Origin: an uncultured Bacteroidia bacterium
Lineage (GTDB): Bacteria; Bacteroidota; Bacteroidia; Bacteroidales; CAJPTX01
Reading direction: 5' to 3'
NCBI GenBank assembly: GCA_938038735.1
Contig: CALHSW010000076.1
Coordinates: forward strand, 413-64,412
DNA: 64,000 bases
In this document: positions 36,503 to 46,518 of the stretch, piece by piece
How positions within the stretch are numbered: position 1 is the first letter of the stretch
Layout of the letters: each line of letters begins with the position of its first letter
Program-made: the position numbers and the translations under genes
The notes under the pieces: model-generated
What the model was told of the DNA's origin: nothing
The model's input: the letters and a program-made list of their open reading frames with translations, nothing else
The model's database searches: none

Positions 36503-36791
36503 CGTCCCCCTTGCGGGGAGCGTTGCGCAGCGCGGTGCGATGGGTGGCAATTAGTAAATGTGAATCTTTGGTGAAATGGAGCAGTGGCAGGATTGCCGCT
36601 GCTCCATTTATTAAGGCGGTAATGCGGATAGGATTGCATTACAGCATTCAGTAACGCATCCGTTGAGAGCGGAAAGAGGGTATGGGTAAAGATATAGCGA
36701 AAAATTATCATTCGTTGCCATGCGTATGGCAACACTGCGATTTTGCCCGTATGCGTTGCCATTCTTGATAATTAACTCTGTAAAAAATGTG

Positions 36792-36799
36792 TAACTTTG
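36792..36799 (+). promoter_or_regulatory. -7 box TAACTTTG upstream of the Dam-type methyltransferase
   Basis: Exact TAnnTTTG match 56 nt upstream of the GTG at 36856. Confidence 0.4.
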
Positions 36800-36855
36800 C
36801 TGTGGTGCGCAAGGGGAAGCGTACGAAGCAAGTAAAAGGGTAATGAGATAGGCTG

Positions 36856-37839
36856 GTGAAACCGTTGGTAAAATATCGTGGTGGAAAGGCGCGGGAGATT
36901 CCGGCAATTATGCCCCACATTCCGTATGTAAAAGGGTGTTACGTGGAGCCGTTCTTCGGGGGAGGTGCGCTTTACTTTTATCTTGCGCCGAGAAAGTCTA
37001 TCATCAACGACATAAATGAGAAACTGATTTCATTTTATAGAGGGGTGCGAGATGATTTTCCTTCGTTGCGCCGGGAGTTAGATGGACTAGAGAGGGTTTA
37101 CGCAGAAAATAGAGCAGCGTTCGATAAGCTCAAGCAACAGTTTCCAACAGAGAGGGTAGAGGATAAGAATGAGGCACTTTACTATGAGCTGCGGGACATG
37201 TTTAATGGGCTTATCCCCGCACGCTACTCAGAGGCAGCACTATACTACTTCATTAACAAGACGGCCTATTCTGGCATGATACGCTACAATGCCAGAGGGG
37301 AGTTCAATGTGCCGTTTGGGCGCTATAAGGGGCTGAACAGCGCAGGCGTAACGAAGAGCCACAGCGAGCTGCTCCGCCATGCTGAGATTATGAATGTGGA
37401 TTACAGCGAGGTTTTTGCTTTGTGCCGTTCAAACGATTTTGTCTTTTTAGACCCGCCCTACGATTGTACTTTTTCTGATTACGGCAATCCGGAATATAAG
37501 GATGGCTTCACGGAGGAGGCTCATGTGAAGCTAGCTGAGGATTTCCGCAATCTACCGTGCAAAGCGTTAATGGTGATAGGCAAAACGCCCTTGACGGCAC
37601 GCCTGTACAGTGGATATATAACGGATGAGTATAGGAAGAGCTACTCGGTGAACATCAAGAATCGCTTTAAGGCCGAGGCTATGCACATCGTGATTTCTAA
37701 TTACAGACGCTGCTGGGTACTAGGAGAAAAGCAGCTAGGTGGTTTTGGGGAGGAGCGGCTATGTGCTACTGCAATACAAGGTTTTAACCGAGAAAGTACA
37801 GACTGCGGCGTGGCTGCACAGCAATTCTTGAAGCATTAA
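36856..37839 (+). CDS. Orphan Dam-family (D12 class) N6-adenine DNA methyltransferase
   Basis: KPLVKYRGGK start, motif I EPFFGGGALYF, catalytic motif IV FLDPPY. No restriction-endonuclease-like ORF on either side. Confidence 0.85.
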   Translation: MKPLVKYRGGKAREIPAIMPHIPYVKGCYVEPFFGGGALYFYLAPRKSIINDINEKLISFYRGVRDDFPSLRRELDGLERVYAENRAAFDKLKQQFPTERVEDKNEALYYELRDMFNGLIPARYSEAALYYFINKTAYSGMIRYNARGEFNVPFGRYKGLNSAGVTKSHSELLRHAEIMNVDYSEVFALCRSNDFVFLDPPYDCTFSDYGNPEYKDGFTEEAHVKLAEDFRNLPCKALMVIGKTPLTARLYSGYITDEYRKSYSVNIKNRFKAEAMHIVISNYRRCWVLGEKQLGGFGEERLCATAIQGFNRESTDCGVAAQQFLKH

Positions 37840-37885
37840 CGTCCTTGGAACTTGAATCTGCGGTTAAATAATTTTTCAACTACCA

Positions 37886-37917
37886 TTTGGTGGAATGTGG
37901 AATAGTGCGTACCTTTG
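37886..37917 (+). promoter_or_regulatory. Canonical Bacteroidota promoter (TTTG-N20-TACCTTTG) for tRNA-His
   Basis: -33 TTTG at 37886-37889 and -7 TACCTTTG at 37910-37917. The tRNA begins 12 nt downstream. Confidence 0.7.
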
Positions 37918-37928
37918 CACTCGGTTAT

Positions 37929-38003
37929 GGTGGATGTAGCTCAGTTGGTTAGAGCATCGGATTGTGGTTCCGAGTGTCGTGGGTTCGAATCCCATCTTCC
38001 ACC
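37929..38003 (+). tRNA. tRNA-His (anticodon GTG) with genome-encoded G-1
   Basis: Cloverleaf read by hand: G-1, acceptor GTGGATG/CTTCCAC (one U-U), D arm GCTC-AGTTGGTTA-GAGC, anticodon arm TCGGA-TTGTGGT-TCCGA, T arm GTGGG-TTCGAAT-CCCAT, discriminator C pairing with G-1. No encoded CCA. Confidence 0.92.
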
Positions 38004-38020
38004 CGAAGGAAAATAGAGAG

Positions 38021-38069
38021 AGTTGGAAAGGATTTTCACCAAGGGATGTTATCTTTTCCAGCTCTTTTG
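38021..38069 (+). terminator. Hairpin + T-run downstream of tRNA-His
   Basis: AGTTGGAAAGGA ... TCTTTTCCAGCT (12 bp with two G-U pairs), then CTTTTG. Confidence 0.5.
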
Positions 38070-38164
38070 CGTGAATAGAGGTCTTTGCACGGCAAAAGCT
38101 GACGGCGCAGGGCTAGAATGGGTGAGAGGCCGCAAGGCTGCACAACGAATCGAGAGGTAGGGAG

Positions 38165-39220
38165 ATGTTTAATCGGCGGTTAGTGAGAATAAAGGTGCTA
38201 CAGGCGCTCTACGCGCATATGAGCGCTTACGCTGACACGGAAGAGAGCGCCACGGGGGAGAGCGGGCTTCCTTTTACGTTAGGGAAGGGAGTGGGAGAGG
38301 CTGGTGCTGTTACAAGGTCTCTATTGGAGTTGGAACGCAGCTTGCAGGCGTACATTGACCTACAGCACACCATGGTTCATTTGCTGCTGGAGCTTCGTAG
38401 GGCGAATCGGAAGCGTATTGACCTACAGAAGTCTCGCTATCTGCGCAGCGGGTTAGAGCCGTCGGAGAACTTTGTGAATAATAGGGTGTTGCAACAGTAC
38501 GCTGCCAACGAGTCTATCCGAGCGTACGCCAAGCAACGCAACGTGGCATGGCCCGGCGCAGAGGATTTCGTATGGTATCTATTCACCACGCTTGAGAAAG
38601 AGTCTTTTTTTGATGATTACTTGGAGCTGAAGACGCCCAGCTTTAGCGATGATGCGGCAGTGGTTTCAGCAATCTACGAGTGGCTGCAAGCTCTTGAAAT
38701 ACCGCAGCTCGCAGACGACCAACTCGATGAACAAAGAACCATCTACGCATGGGCGCTCTCAAGTACGATTTTCTACTACGCGGATCTTGACTCTGCGCTT
38801 GACGATCTGCTAGAGGAAACGGGGGGCATGCATGATTTGGACAGCGCGGACGTTGAAATCGTTCCTTGCGCCATTAAAGAGGATTTGCGGACGTTTGCGC
38901 TAACGTTGCTAAAGAAGACGATTGAGCAGCACGAGAACAATCTGCAGACAATAATTCCCTTCCTGCGGAACTGGGATCCATCCCGGGTTGCGTTTATGGA
39001 TCTACTCATCCTCTTGATGGGATTGGCCGAGGCGCTGAATTTCCCGGAAATACCCATTCCCGTGACTATAAACGAGTACATTGAATTGGCACGTTCCTTT
39101 AGCACGAAGTCAAGTCCACAGTTTGTGAATGGCGTGTTAGACTCCATGCTTAAACAGCTTGGGGAGGAGGGAATAATTGTGAAAAAGGAGCGCAAGAAGG
39201 GAGAGCGACGAGCGAAGTAA
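38165..39220 (+). CDS. nusB: Transcription antitermination factor NusB (long Bacteroidota form)
   Basis: N-terminus MFNRRLVRIKVLQALYA and C-terminal NusB core (RVAFMDLLILLMGLAEALNFPEIP...INEYIELARSFS...FVNGVLD). Confidence 0.88.
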   Translation: MFNRRLVRIKVLQALYAHMSAYADTEESATGESGLPFTLGKGVGEAGAVTRSLLELERSLQAYIDLQHTMVHLLLELRRANRKRIDLQKSRYLRSGLEPSENFVNNRVLQQYAANESIRAYAKQRNVAWPGAEDFVWYLFTTLEKESFFDDYLELKTPSFSDDAAVVSAIYEWLQALEIPQLADDQLDEQRTIYAWALSSTIFYYADLDSALDDLLEETGGMHDLDSADVEIVPCAIKEDLRTFALTLLKKTIEQHENNLQTIIPFLRNWDPSRVAFMDLLILLMGLAEALNFPEIPIPVTINEYIELARSFSTKSSPQFVNGVLDSMLKQLGEEGIIVKKERKKGERRAK

Positions 39221-39256
39221 AGAAGGGTTCGTTGCGTTGGGTTGTTTTATCATTTG

Positions 39257-39264
39257 TATCTTTG
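39257..39264 (+). promoter_or_regulatory. -7 box TATCTTTG upstream of yajC
   Basis: Exact TAnnTTTG match 33 nt upstream of the ATG at 39297. Confidence 0.4.
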
Positions 39265-39296
39265 CGAACTAGAGCAATTAAAAAAAGAGAGAAGAG

Positions 39297-39593
39297 ATGG
39301 TTTTATTACAAGCAGCAGGTGGCATGAACTCAGGGCTGATGCAGTTTCTGATGTTGGCGTTGATTTTGGTCGTTTTTTATTTCTTTCTAATGCGTCCGCA
39401 AATCAAGCGGCAGAAAGAGATGCGTAAGTTCCAGTCTTCGCTAAAGCGCGGAGATCAGGTGATGGTGGCTGGCGGCATCTACGGCAAGGTGACGGAGGTG
39501 GCAGATACGTACGTCATGGTAGAGGTAAGCCCTAACACTGAGATTAAGGTTGTCAAGGGCAATGTTTTCGCCAGCGCGGAGACGGCTGCCTAG
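39297..39593 (+). CDS. yajC: Preprotein translocase subunit YajC
   Basis: Single TM, then FFLMRPQIKRQKEMRKFQSSLKRGDQVMVAGGIYGKV. Confidence 0.9.
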   Translation: MVLLQAAGGMNSGLMQFLMLALILVVFYFFLMRPQIKRQKEMRKFQSSLKRGDQVMVAGGIYGKVTEVADTYVMVEVSPNTEIKVVKGNVFASAETAA

Positions 39594-39662
39594 AGGGGAA
39601 ACGGTAGCCGATTGCAAGGTCATACCAGTTGATTTTGCAAATATCTGTGGGCGGAAGGAGCG

Positions 39663-40715
39663 TTGATGCCGAATCCAGAAGGACAGTGGGCGGCCCTAAA
39701 GAGGCTGCTGCGGAGTAAGAAACGCTTTCAGAGGTACGAAAAGGCATGGCATTGGTTCTTTCACCATGTGGTGGAGCCAGTGCCGTGGCTTAAGTTTTTT
39801 CGTTTTGGCGTAGCGGTTCTCTTGGCTGGCGTGTTGTGGTATCTACTCAAGCTGAGCCATGATTACTCCGTAGACATTAGCTTCCCCATAGCGGTTGGGA
39901 ATCCGCCCGTGGGGTACATGATTTCTGGGCAAAGCGAGCAGCAGGTTCGCATGCGCGTGAGGGGGAATGGATACGCGCTGCTGCGATACAGAACATTCAC
40001 GGGCGGTTCCCCTTTGCAGATAGATTTACAAGAAGTTGGGGTTGAAGGCGGCAAGGATACCGTTACGCGACGCTGCATGTCACGCACGGAATTGGAGCGG
40101 ATCCTTACCTCGCAGATTCCCGCTGAGCTTACGCTGGAGCATTTCGCCACGGAGCAGCTCTGCTACGATTTAAGCCGCTTAGGTAGCCGCAAGCTGCCCG
40201 TGGTGGCTTCAGTACGCTATACGCTGCACAGGCAGTTTGCGCAATTTCAACCCATGAAGCTTTCGTTAGATAGCGTCACGGTGGTTGGTCCAGCGGCTGA
40301 ACTGTCTAAGATGGAATTTGCCCACTCCGATACGCTAGACCTGGGTGAAATCAGTACTCCGCAGCGGGTAAAGGTGACGTTCTCTCGACGTGGCGATGTG
40401 CAATTCGTTCCTTCAGATTTGACCTGTGAGATCCCTGTATCGCAATTCACGCAAAAGAGGCTAGTGATTCCCATTAGCATTGAGGGTGCAGAACAGTTTG
40501 GACGCGTAACGCTGCTGCCGGGAGCGGTGGAGCTTACGTGCGATGTACCGCTCGATGCCTACGCCAGCATTAAGGCCGATGATTTCACGCTGCGTGTTCG
40601 TTTCTTTGGCGATATTGCACCCGAACGGATGCTTGTGGAGCTGGTAAGGGTTCCAGCGGGGGTTCGCAACGTGCAATTTTCGCCGCAGTACGTTTCCTAT
40701 CTAATCTCAAAGTGA
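39663..40715 (+). CDS. YbbR-like domain protein
   Basis: N-terminal TM and repeated beta-rich modules. Conserved Bacteroidota position between yajC and coaE. Assignment is by context plus general look. Confidence 0.65.
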   Translation: MMPNPEGQWAALKRLLRSKKRFQRYEKAWHWFFHHVVEPVPWLKFFRFGVAVLLAGVLWYLLKLSHDYSVDISFPIAVGNPPVGYMISGQSEQQVRMRVRGNGYALLRYRTFTGGSPLQIDLQEVGVEGGKDTVTRRCMSRTELERILTSQIPAELTLEHFATEQLCYDLSRLGSRKLPVVASVRYTLHRQFAQFQPMKLSLDSVTVVGPAAELSKMEFAHSDTLDLGEISTPQRVKVTFSRRGDVQFVPSDLTCEIPVSQFTQKRLVIPISIEGAEQFGRVTLLPGAVELTCDVPLDAYASIKADDFTLRVRFFGDIAPERMLVELVRVPAGVRNVQFSPQYVSYLISK

Positions 40716-40716
40716 T

Positions 40717-41340
40717 TTGGAAAGACGAGACCTAGCACCACTGAAGGTGGGAATTACAGGCCCGATAGGGAGCGGAAAAAGCTACGTGTCTGCCAAGCTC
40801 CGAGAGCGGGGCTACTCGGTGTACGATAGCGATAGCGAGGCTAAACGCTTGGTAGAGAACAGCGGAGAAGTGCGTAAAGCGATTTCAAAGCTACTAGGAG
40901 AAGAGGCCTACGACGGGCAGGGAGCGTACCAAACGAAGTGGGTAGCCGATAGGGTATTTCAAAACAAAACGCTTTTAGAAGGGTTAAATGCGATTGTACA
41001 CCCCGCGGTGTTTCATGACTTTCTGTCATGGGTATCCCAACGGCAAGAAGAAGGCGCTAAACTTGTGTTTTTTGAGTCAGCTTTGCTACCGACTGTGCGT
41101 AGAGAGTATGTAAAGAACCTTGATTGCGTAGTGGTTGTGCACGCATCGCAGATGTGCCGAATGCATCGGGTGATGGCGCGAGACTTTGCCGCGAGGGAAA
41201 AAATACTGCAACGTATGGCCAACCAGCCAAGCGACGCAGCCTTTGCCGCGGTAGCGGATTACACGCTGCGCAATGAAGACCGGATGGATATAGAGAGTCA
41301 GGTGGAGAAACTTCTTAACATGCTACTGCAAAAGAGATAA
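40717..41340 (+). CDS. coaE: Dephospho-CoA kinase
   Basis: P-loop [14 protein letters not shown], about 200 aa. TTG start as given by the track; the true start is uncertain. Confidence 0.88.
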   Translation: MERRDLAPLKVGITGPIGSGKSYVSAKLRERGYSVYDSDSEAKRLVENSGEVRKAISKLLGEEAYDGQGAYQTKWVADRVFQNKTLLEGLNAIVHPAVFHDFLSWVSQRQEEGAKLVFFESALLPTVRREYVKNLDCVVVVHASQMCRMHRVMARDFAAREKILQRMANQPSDAAFAAVADYTLRNEDRMDIESQVEKLLNMLLQKR

Positions 41341-41348
41341 GTCATCGT

Positions 41349-42095
41349 ATGCAGAGAAAAGATGCTGGCTGCGCAGTGCCGTTTTTTGTGAGTTTGCTGG
41401 GGCTGTTACTCCTTGGCCCCCTCGGACTTTTCTTGGGACCATTGGCATCAATATTCTTTTCAAAACCCCGTTCGCAGGGTGGATTTGGAGGCTTTCAGGA
41501 ACTTAGCGCAACGCAGGATGCCGTTGTTGTTCTGGTGGCAGAGGTAATACGGGCCGATGGCCGCATCATGCGCTCTGAGCTTGACTACGTGCGCCGTTTC
41601 TTTGTGCGGTCGTTTGGCGAAGAGCGGGCGAGAATCGCATTGCTACGTCTGCGCGACTTACTGAAACAGAACAACGATATTTGGACTGCGAGCCGAATTC
41701 TTCGCATGACGATGTCTGACCAAAATAGGTCGGCCCTCGTACACATCTTGCTAGAATTGGCGCAGGCCGATGGCGTGGTTAGCGATGCCGAGCGCATGGC
41801 TATACAGCGTATCGCCATTGCGTTGGGCGTGTCTGTAGGCGGAGGTCAAGCAGGGGGCGAACGCCGCAAATCGTATGTATACACCGCGCCGCCGGTTGAC
41901 TACTATGCTGTGCTGGGCGTGTCGCCATCAGCCACAGATGATGAGGTGAAGCAGGCCTACCGAAAGCTCGCCATCCGATGGCATCCTGATCGTATGGAGA
42001 ATAAAACCGAAGAGGAGCGCCAGCAGGCCAATGAGAAGCTGAAAAAGATTAACGAGGCGTACGAGAAGATTAAGCAGTCGAGGGGGATGAAGTAG
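41349..42095 (+). CDS. DnaJ (J-domain) membrane co-chaperone with a TerB-like middle domain (DjlA-like)
   Basis: N-terminal TM. C-terminal J domain [32 protein letters not shown]. Confidence 0.85.
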   Translation: MQRKDAGCAVPFFVSLLGLLLLGPLGLFLGPLASIFFSKPRSQGGFGGFQELSATQDAVVVLVAEVIRADGRIMRSELDYVRRFFVRSFGEERARIALLRLRDLLKQNNDIWTASRILRMTMSDQNRSALVHILLELAQADGVVSDAERMAIQRIAIALGVSVGGGQAGGERRKSYVYTAPPVDYYAVLGVSPSATDDEVKQAYRKLAIRWHPDRMENKTEEERQQANEKLKKINEAYEKIKQSRGMK

Positions 42096-42351
42096 GGGAA
42101 GGCTAGAGGGGCCACGATAATAGGGTAAAGGTGCGTATGCCGCTGCTCCTATACGAGAAAAATGTGAGGGGGAGAATAGGCGGTAGCATTATAGAAAAGC
42201 TTAAGGCAGCACCTAGAATGTTGCATCAATCGGCTCTCACATGCCATTCGTAAAATGTGTCAGTGTTGCGTTGACGTACGATATGCTTGCGAAAAAATGG
42301 TTATATTCGCGAAGAGATTAGAACAACGTAAACTGTATAAATGGATTCGTT

Positions 42352-43578
42352 ATGATGCTTTGTTTTCGGACAACCGCGCTAGCCCTAGGGTTGGCTGCGA
42401 TGCTGGCGATACCTGCGTCAGCACAGAAGGGCAAGTCAAAAAAGGCTGAGCCAGAAGGATTTAAGTTTACCGATGAGGTAGAGGTGAAGACCACGCCGGT
42501 GAAGGACCAGTTCCGTAGCGGCACGTGCTGGAGCTTTGCCGCGACGGCACTCATTGAAGCGGAGCTGCTGCGCATGGGCAAAGGCGAGTACGACCTATCG
42601 GAGATGTACTTCGTGCGCACTAACTACCACGACAAGGCGGAGAACTACGTTCGCTTCCAAGGGAAGGTGAACTTCGCAGGGGGAGGGTCATTTGCCGATG
42701 TGATGTGCGCACTCACCAAATATGGCGCACTACCTGAAGAGGCGTACCGCGGGCTGGAATATGGCGAAACGAACCACGTGCACGGCGAACTTGATGACGT
42801 GACGGCTGCCTATGTGGATGCTGTGATACGTAATAGCAATCGCCGTCTCTCCACGGCATGGCTGCGGGGATTTGATGGCATCCTTGATGCGTATTTCGGC
42901 ACGATACCAGCGAACTTCACCTATAAGGGCGCAAGCTACACCCCAGCGAGCTTTACTAAACAGCTGGGGATCAATGCGGACGACTATGTTACCTTTACCT
43001 CCTTCACGCACCATCCCTTCTATGAGAAGTTTATCCTAGAAATTCCCGATAATTGGCGTAGGAACAGCGATTTTAATGTTCCATTGGATGATATGATAGC
43101 AGTGATTGACAATGCGTTGCGCAATGGATACACGGTGGGCTGGGGCAGCGATGTGAGCGAGTCGGGCTTTATCTATCGGAAGGGCATTGCCATTGTGCCG
43201 AGCGAGACCGCAGAGGAGCTGAAGGATTCCGAGGAGCTGAAGTGGTCCGATATGTCACCGAGCAAACAGCGCGCGAGGCTGGAAGAGATCAATGGTCCAG
43301 TGGCGCAGAAGAAGGTGACGCAAGAGATGCGCCAGGAGGCGTTCGATAGGCAGGAGACGACCGATGACCACGGAATGCTCATCGTGGGGATTGCAAAGGA
43401 CCAGAAGGGGAATAAGTACTACAAGGTGAAAAACAGCTGGGATGCATCGGGAATCTACGGTGGGTATTTTTACGCTTCGGAGGAGTTTGTGAAGTATAAA
43501 ACGACTGACATCATGGTGCATCGTGATGCGGTACCCGCGGCGATTGCCAAGAAGTTGGGAAAGGCGTTTGAGAAGTAG
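42352..43578 (+). CDS. C1-family cysteine peptidase (aminopeptidase C/bleomycin-hydrolase-like), secreted
   Basis: Signal peptide. Active-site Cys context VKDQFRSGTCWSFAA. His region DDHGMLIVG, then NSW. Confidence 0.85.
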   Translation: MMLCFRTTALALGLAAMLAIPASAQKGKSKKAEPEGFKFTDEVEVKTTPVKDQFRSGTCWSFAATALIEAELLRMGKGEYDLSEMYFVRTNYHDKAENYVRFQGKVNFAGGGSFADVMCALTKYGALPEEAYRGLEYGETNHVHGELDDVTAAYVDAVIRNSNRRLSTAWLRGFDGILDAYFGTIPANFTYKGASYTPASFTKQLGINADDYVTFTSFTHHPFYEKFILEIPDNWRRNSDFNVPLDDMIAVIDNALRNGYTVGWGSDVSESGFIYRKGIAIVPSETAEELKDSEELKWSDMSPSKQRARLEEINGPVAQKKVTQEMRQEAFDRQETTDDHGMLIVGIAKDQKGNKYYKVKNSWDASGIYGGYFYASEEFVKYKTTDIMVHRDAVPAAIAKKLGKAFEK

Positions 43579-43603
43579 AGGTGACACTTTAGTTGCTGTT
43601 GAA

Positions 43604-43640
43604 GGGTGTCAGGTTACAGCGTAACCTGGCACCCTTTACA
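43604..43640 (+). terminator. Hairpin + T-rich tail after the C1 peptidase gene
   Basis: GGGTGTCAGGTTA / TAACCTGGCACCC (13 bp, one G-U), loop CAGCG, then TTTACA. Confidence 0.55.
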
Positions 43641-43724
43641 TATGAAGAGATTTGCATGGCGTAACATTATTCCCATTTGAAACGTGTTTCATTGGGCGCA
43701 AAATTTGTGGCAGGTAACGGGAGT

Positions 43725-45662
43725 ATGGAACAAACAGAACAGGATGCATTAAGCACTCCACGAACAGACAAATGGCATGCGTGGGGGGAGATTATCAAAA
43801 GCGTTTCAGGGGGAGAGTACTGCGATAACCTATGGCGTTACCATCGCCGAGCGACGCAAGCGGTTAGGGTCGGGGAGATTGGAATAGGGGGTGATAATCC
43901 TGTGCGTGTGCAGAGCATGACAACGAGCCGCGGCGGGGATGTGGAGGAGTCCGTGCGAAAGACGCTAGAGATAGCTGCCGCCGGGGGGGAGTTGGTGCGG
44001 ATAACGGCACCGACCACCGCGGATGCTGCGGCTCTCGGCGAAGTGGTGGCTAAAGTTAGGCAGGCGGGGTGCAAGGTACCCATCGTTGCAGATATACATT
44101 TCAGTCCAGAAGCGGCACTGCTGGCAGCACATTACGTAGATAAGGTGCGGATAAATCCGGGGAACTATTGCAGCGCACGGGCGGTGACAAGCGAGGCGGA
44201 ATACCAAGCAGCCCTTGACGAGGTGGAGCGTAAACTAGTACCCTTGCTGGAGGCTAGCAAGCTGCGGGGTGGGGCGATACGCATCGGGATAAACCATGGA
44301 TCGCTCTCTCGGCGCGTGACGGAGCGATACGGTGCTGGGGTGGAAGGGATGGTGGTGTCGGCGTTGGAGTTCATAGAGATCTGCCGTAGACATGGATTTG
44401 ATAATCTTGTGCTTTCGCTCAAGGCGAGTAGCCCTAAAGTAATGGTGCAGGCGAATCGTCTTTTGTGCGCAGTAATGAGGCACTTAGGTTGGACTTACCC
44501 TTTGCACCTAGGCGTTACCGAGGCGGGAAATGCGCTTGAGGGACGGGTGAAGTCGGCGATAGGGATAGGGTCTCTACTTGCGGATGGAATCGGAGATACG
44601 GTTAGGGTATCTTTGACAGAACCGCCGGCAGCGGAAATTCCAGTGGGAAGGGCGTTGGTGCAAGAGGTAGGGTCATGGCCCCATAGCGCAATGGGGGAAT
44701 GGAGCGGGATGCTGCCCTACAATCCGTATAGAGCCACGAAGCTAGAGGTTGACAGCAATGGATTGCTACGCAACAGGCAGCATGGATTGCTGGTGGAGTA
44801 CGCAGACATAGAAGATTCAGAATCAATGCATAGCTTCCTCACGGAGGGCGGATACACGTGCGGCACGAATGGACGTTGGGAGTGCGGGGTAATGGCTGTG
44901 GATGCCGTTTTGCTGAAGGAACGCTGGCAGGCGCAATACGTACCTGACGAGTTGCAGGGCAATTTTGCAGTACGCGTGGAGGGGGAGAAGAGATGGAGGG
45001 CGTTGAATGGGGAATGGGCAATAAGGGAGGTAACTACAGCAGAGGTGTTTGAGGGGGGAGAACTTTCAATATGCCCTGGCGAACTGCTGTTACTGCGTAC
45101 CGAGCGAAGGGGAATGTACGATTGGCGCTTGGCAGTGTCTGTACTACGAGAACAAGGGAGGAGGAATGGCGTAGTGCTTGGGTACGAAGAGGGGGTGCAA
45201 TGGGTTGGAACAGACTATGCGCTGCTCAATGCAGCGGCGTTTGGCGCAGCTTTAGTAGATAACATCGCAGTGGGAATCGCAATGCCGAAAGCGCAGGGTA
45301 TCGACCTCTCGCAACGCAGGGAGGTTGGACTAGCTATACTGCAGGGGGTGGAGCTACGACGTAGCCAGGCGGAGATAGTAGCCTGCCCCGGGTGCGGGCG
45401 CACGCTCTTTGACCTCCAATCAACTTTGTCGCGCGTAAAGGAGGCCATGCGTAGCCAACGGCACTTGAAGATAGGAGTGATGGGGTGCGTTGTGAATGGG
45501 CCAGGGGAGATGGCGGATGCAGACTATGGGTACGTAGGGGCGGGGCATGGGCGTGTAACGTTGTATAGAGGGCAACAGGCGGTGTTGAAAGGAATTAAAG
45601 AAGCGGAGGCACTCGATGCCCTTAAAGATTTGATAATGCGAGATGGGAAGTGGAAAGCGTAG
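43725..45662 (+). CDS. ispG: 4-hydroxy-3-methylbut-2-en-1-yl diphosphate synthase, long form with inserted domain
   Basis: VRVQSMT, PIVADIHF, GINHGSL, VACPGCGRT, GCVVNGPGE [4Fe-4S] Cys ligands. Start set to the ATG at 43725; the track uses TTG at 43677. Confidence 0.92.
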   Translation: MEQTEQDALSTPRTDKWHAWGEIIKSVSGGEYCDNLWRYHRRATQAVRVGEIGIGGDNPVRVQSMTTSRGGDVEESVRKTLEIAAAGGELVRITAPTTADAAALGEVVAKVRQAGCKVPIVADIHFSPEAALLAAHYVDKVRINPGNYCSARAVTSEAEYQAALDEVERKLVPLLEASKLRGGAIRIGINHGSLSRRVTERYGAGVEGMVVSALEFIEICRRHGFDNLVLSLKASSPKVMVQANRLLCAVMRHLGWTYPLHLGVTEAGNALEGRVKSAIGIGSLLADGIGDTVRVSLTEPPAAEIPVGRALVQEVGSWPHSAMGEWSGMLPYNPYRATKLEVDSNGLLRNRQHGLLVEYADIEDSESMHSFLTEGGYTCGTNGRWECGVMAVDAVLLKERWQAQYVPDELQGNFAVRVEGEKRWRALNGEWAIREVTTAEVFEGGELSICPGELLLLRTERRGMYDWRLAVSVLREQGRRNGVVLGYEEGVQWVGTDYALLNAAAFGAALVDNIAVGIAMPKAQGIDLSQRREVGLAILQGVELRRSQAEIVACPGCGRTLFDLQSTLSRVKEAMRSQRHLKIGVMGCVVNGPGEMADADYGYVGAGHGRVTLYRGQQAVLKGIKEAEALDALKDLIMRDGKWKA

Positions 45663-45678
45663 ACGCGAGAAGAAGAAA

Positions 45679-46158
45679 ATGGTTAGTAAAGAACGAGGGT
45701 TAAGAGCACTGCTGATTGCAAGTGTGATGCTGTGCGTACTGAGTGCGGGGTGCGTGCCGAAGCGTGGAGTATACGTGCGTCCCACTGAACAGATAGAAGT
45801 TGCTCCCATGGGCGGAGGAAGCGTCTTGGTGCGAGCAGCAGTGAGGGTGGAGAATTTCAATCCGAGAAGTATCCACTTGCTGGATGGGAGTTTCTTATCA
45901 TGGTACAATGGTAGCGAGCTAGCGACAATAGATCTAAAAGAGGCCGTGGAAGTTAGAGCAAATAGTGTGGACACGGTGTGGCTACCGTTGGAGGTACGTT
46001 TCAAGTCGATGGGACGTATGCTGTCTTTTGCGCTACAGGGAGAGATGGAGGACTGGAGGAATATAGAGGTTGAGGGGTACGCTAAGGTGCGCTATGGGTG
46101 CAGCCGTAAAAAAGTGCGCATTTCACGACAGAAGATAGGAGCGTTGGCTGGGTGGTAG
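45679..46158 (+). CDS. Hypothetical lipoprotein (possible LEA type-2/WHy-like beta-sandwich)
   Basis: Start set to the ATG at 45679. Signal + Cys (LCVLSAGC). Beta-rich 140-aa body. Family assignment is tentative. Confidence 0.6.
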   Translation: MVSKERGLRALLIASVMLCVLSAGCVPKRGVYVRPTEQIEVAPMGGGSVLVRAAVRVENFNPRSIHLLDGSFLSWYNGSELATIDLKEAVEVRANSVDTVWLPLEVRFKSMGRMLSFALQGEMEDWRNIEVEGYAKVRYGCSRKKVRISRQKIGALAGW

Positions 46159-46518
46159 ATAGCGATGGCACAATGATGTAAACGGTTAGTAATTAGTTGA
46201 TTCAACGTTGTATCTCAATGGAAACTGTAGTTTCGGAAGGTGGTGGGTTGAGTACTAAGGCCAAAGGTGGTGAAAGTTTAAGTGTTGGGAATGAAACAAA
46301 GCGGGGTAGAAATGCGTATATAGGCATGTTGTAGCTAGGGTGATTGGAAGGGGAGTTCGCAGACATACATCCGATGAAAGAGGATAGCACTGAGTGGTGC
46401 AGGAGTCAAAGAAGAGTGCGATGAGGGTACCCCGTACAAGTTTACCGAGTTATGTATTTTTTGCCGTGGGTGGCGATGTGCAGGGATGCATAGGGGGTAG
46501 AACTTTAATAAGCGCAAG

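Noticed and set aside
45420-46004. A 194-aa minus-strand ORF spanning the ispG 3' end and the lipoprotein gene
   Set aside because: It overlaps two better-supported plus-strand genes and has no recognisable features.
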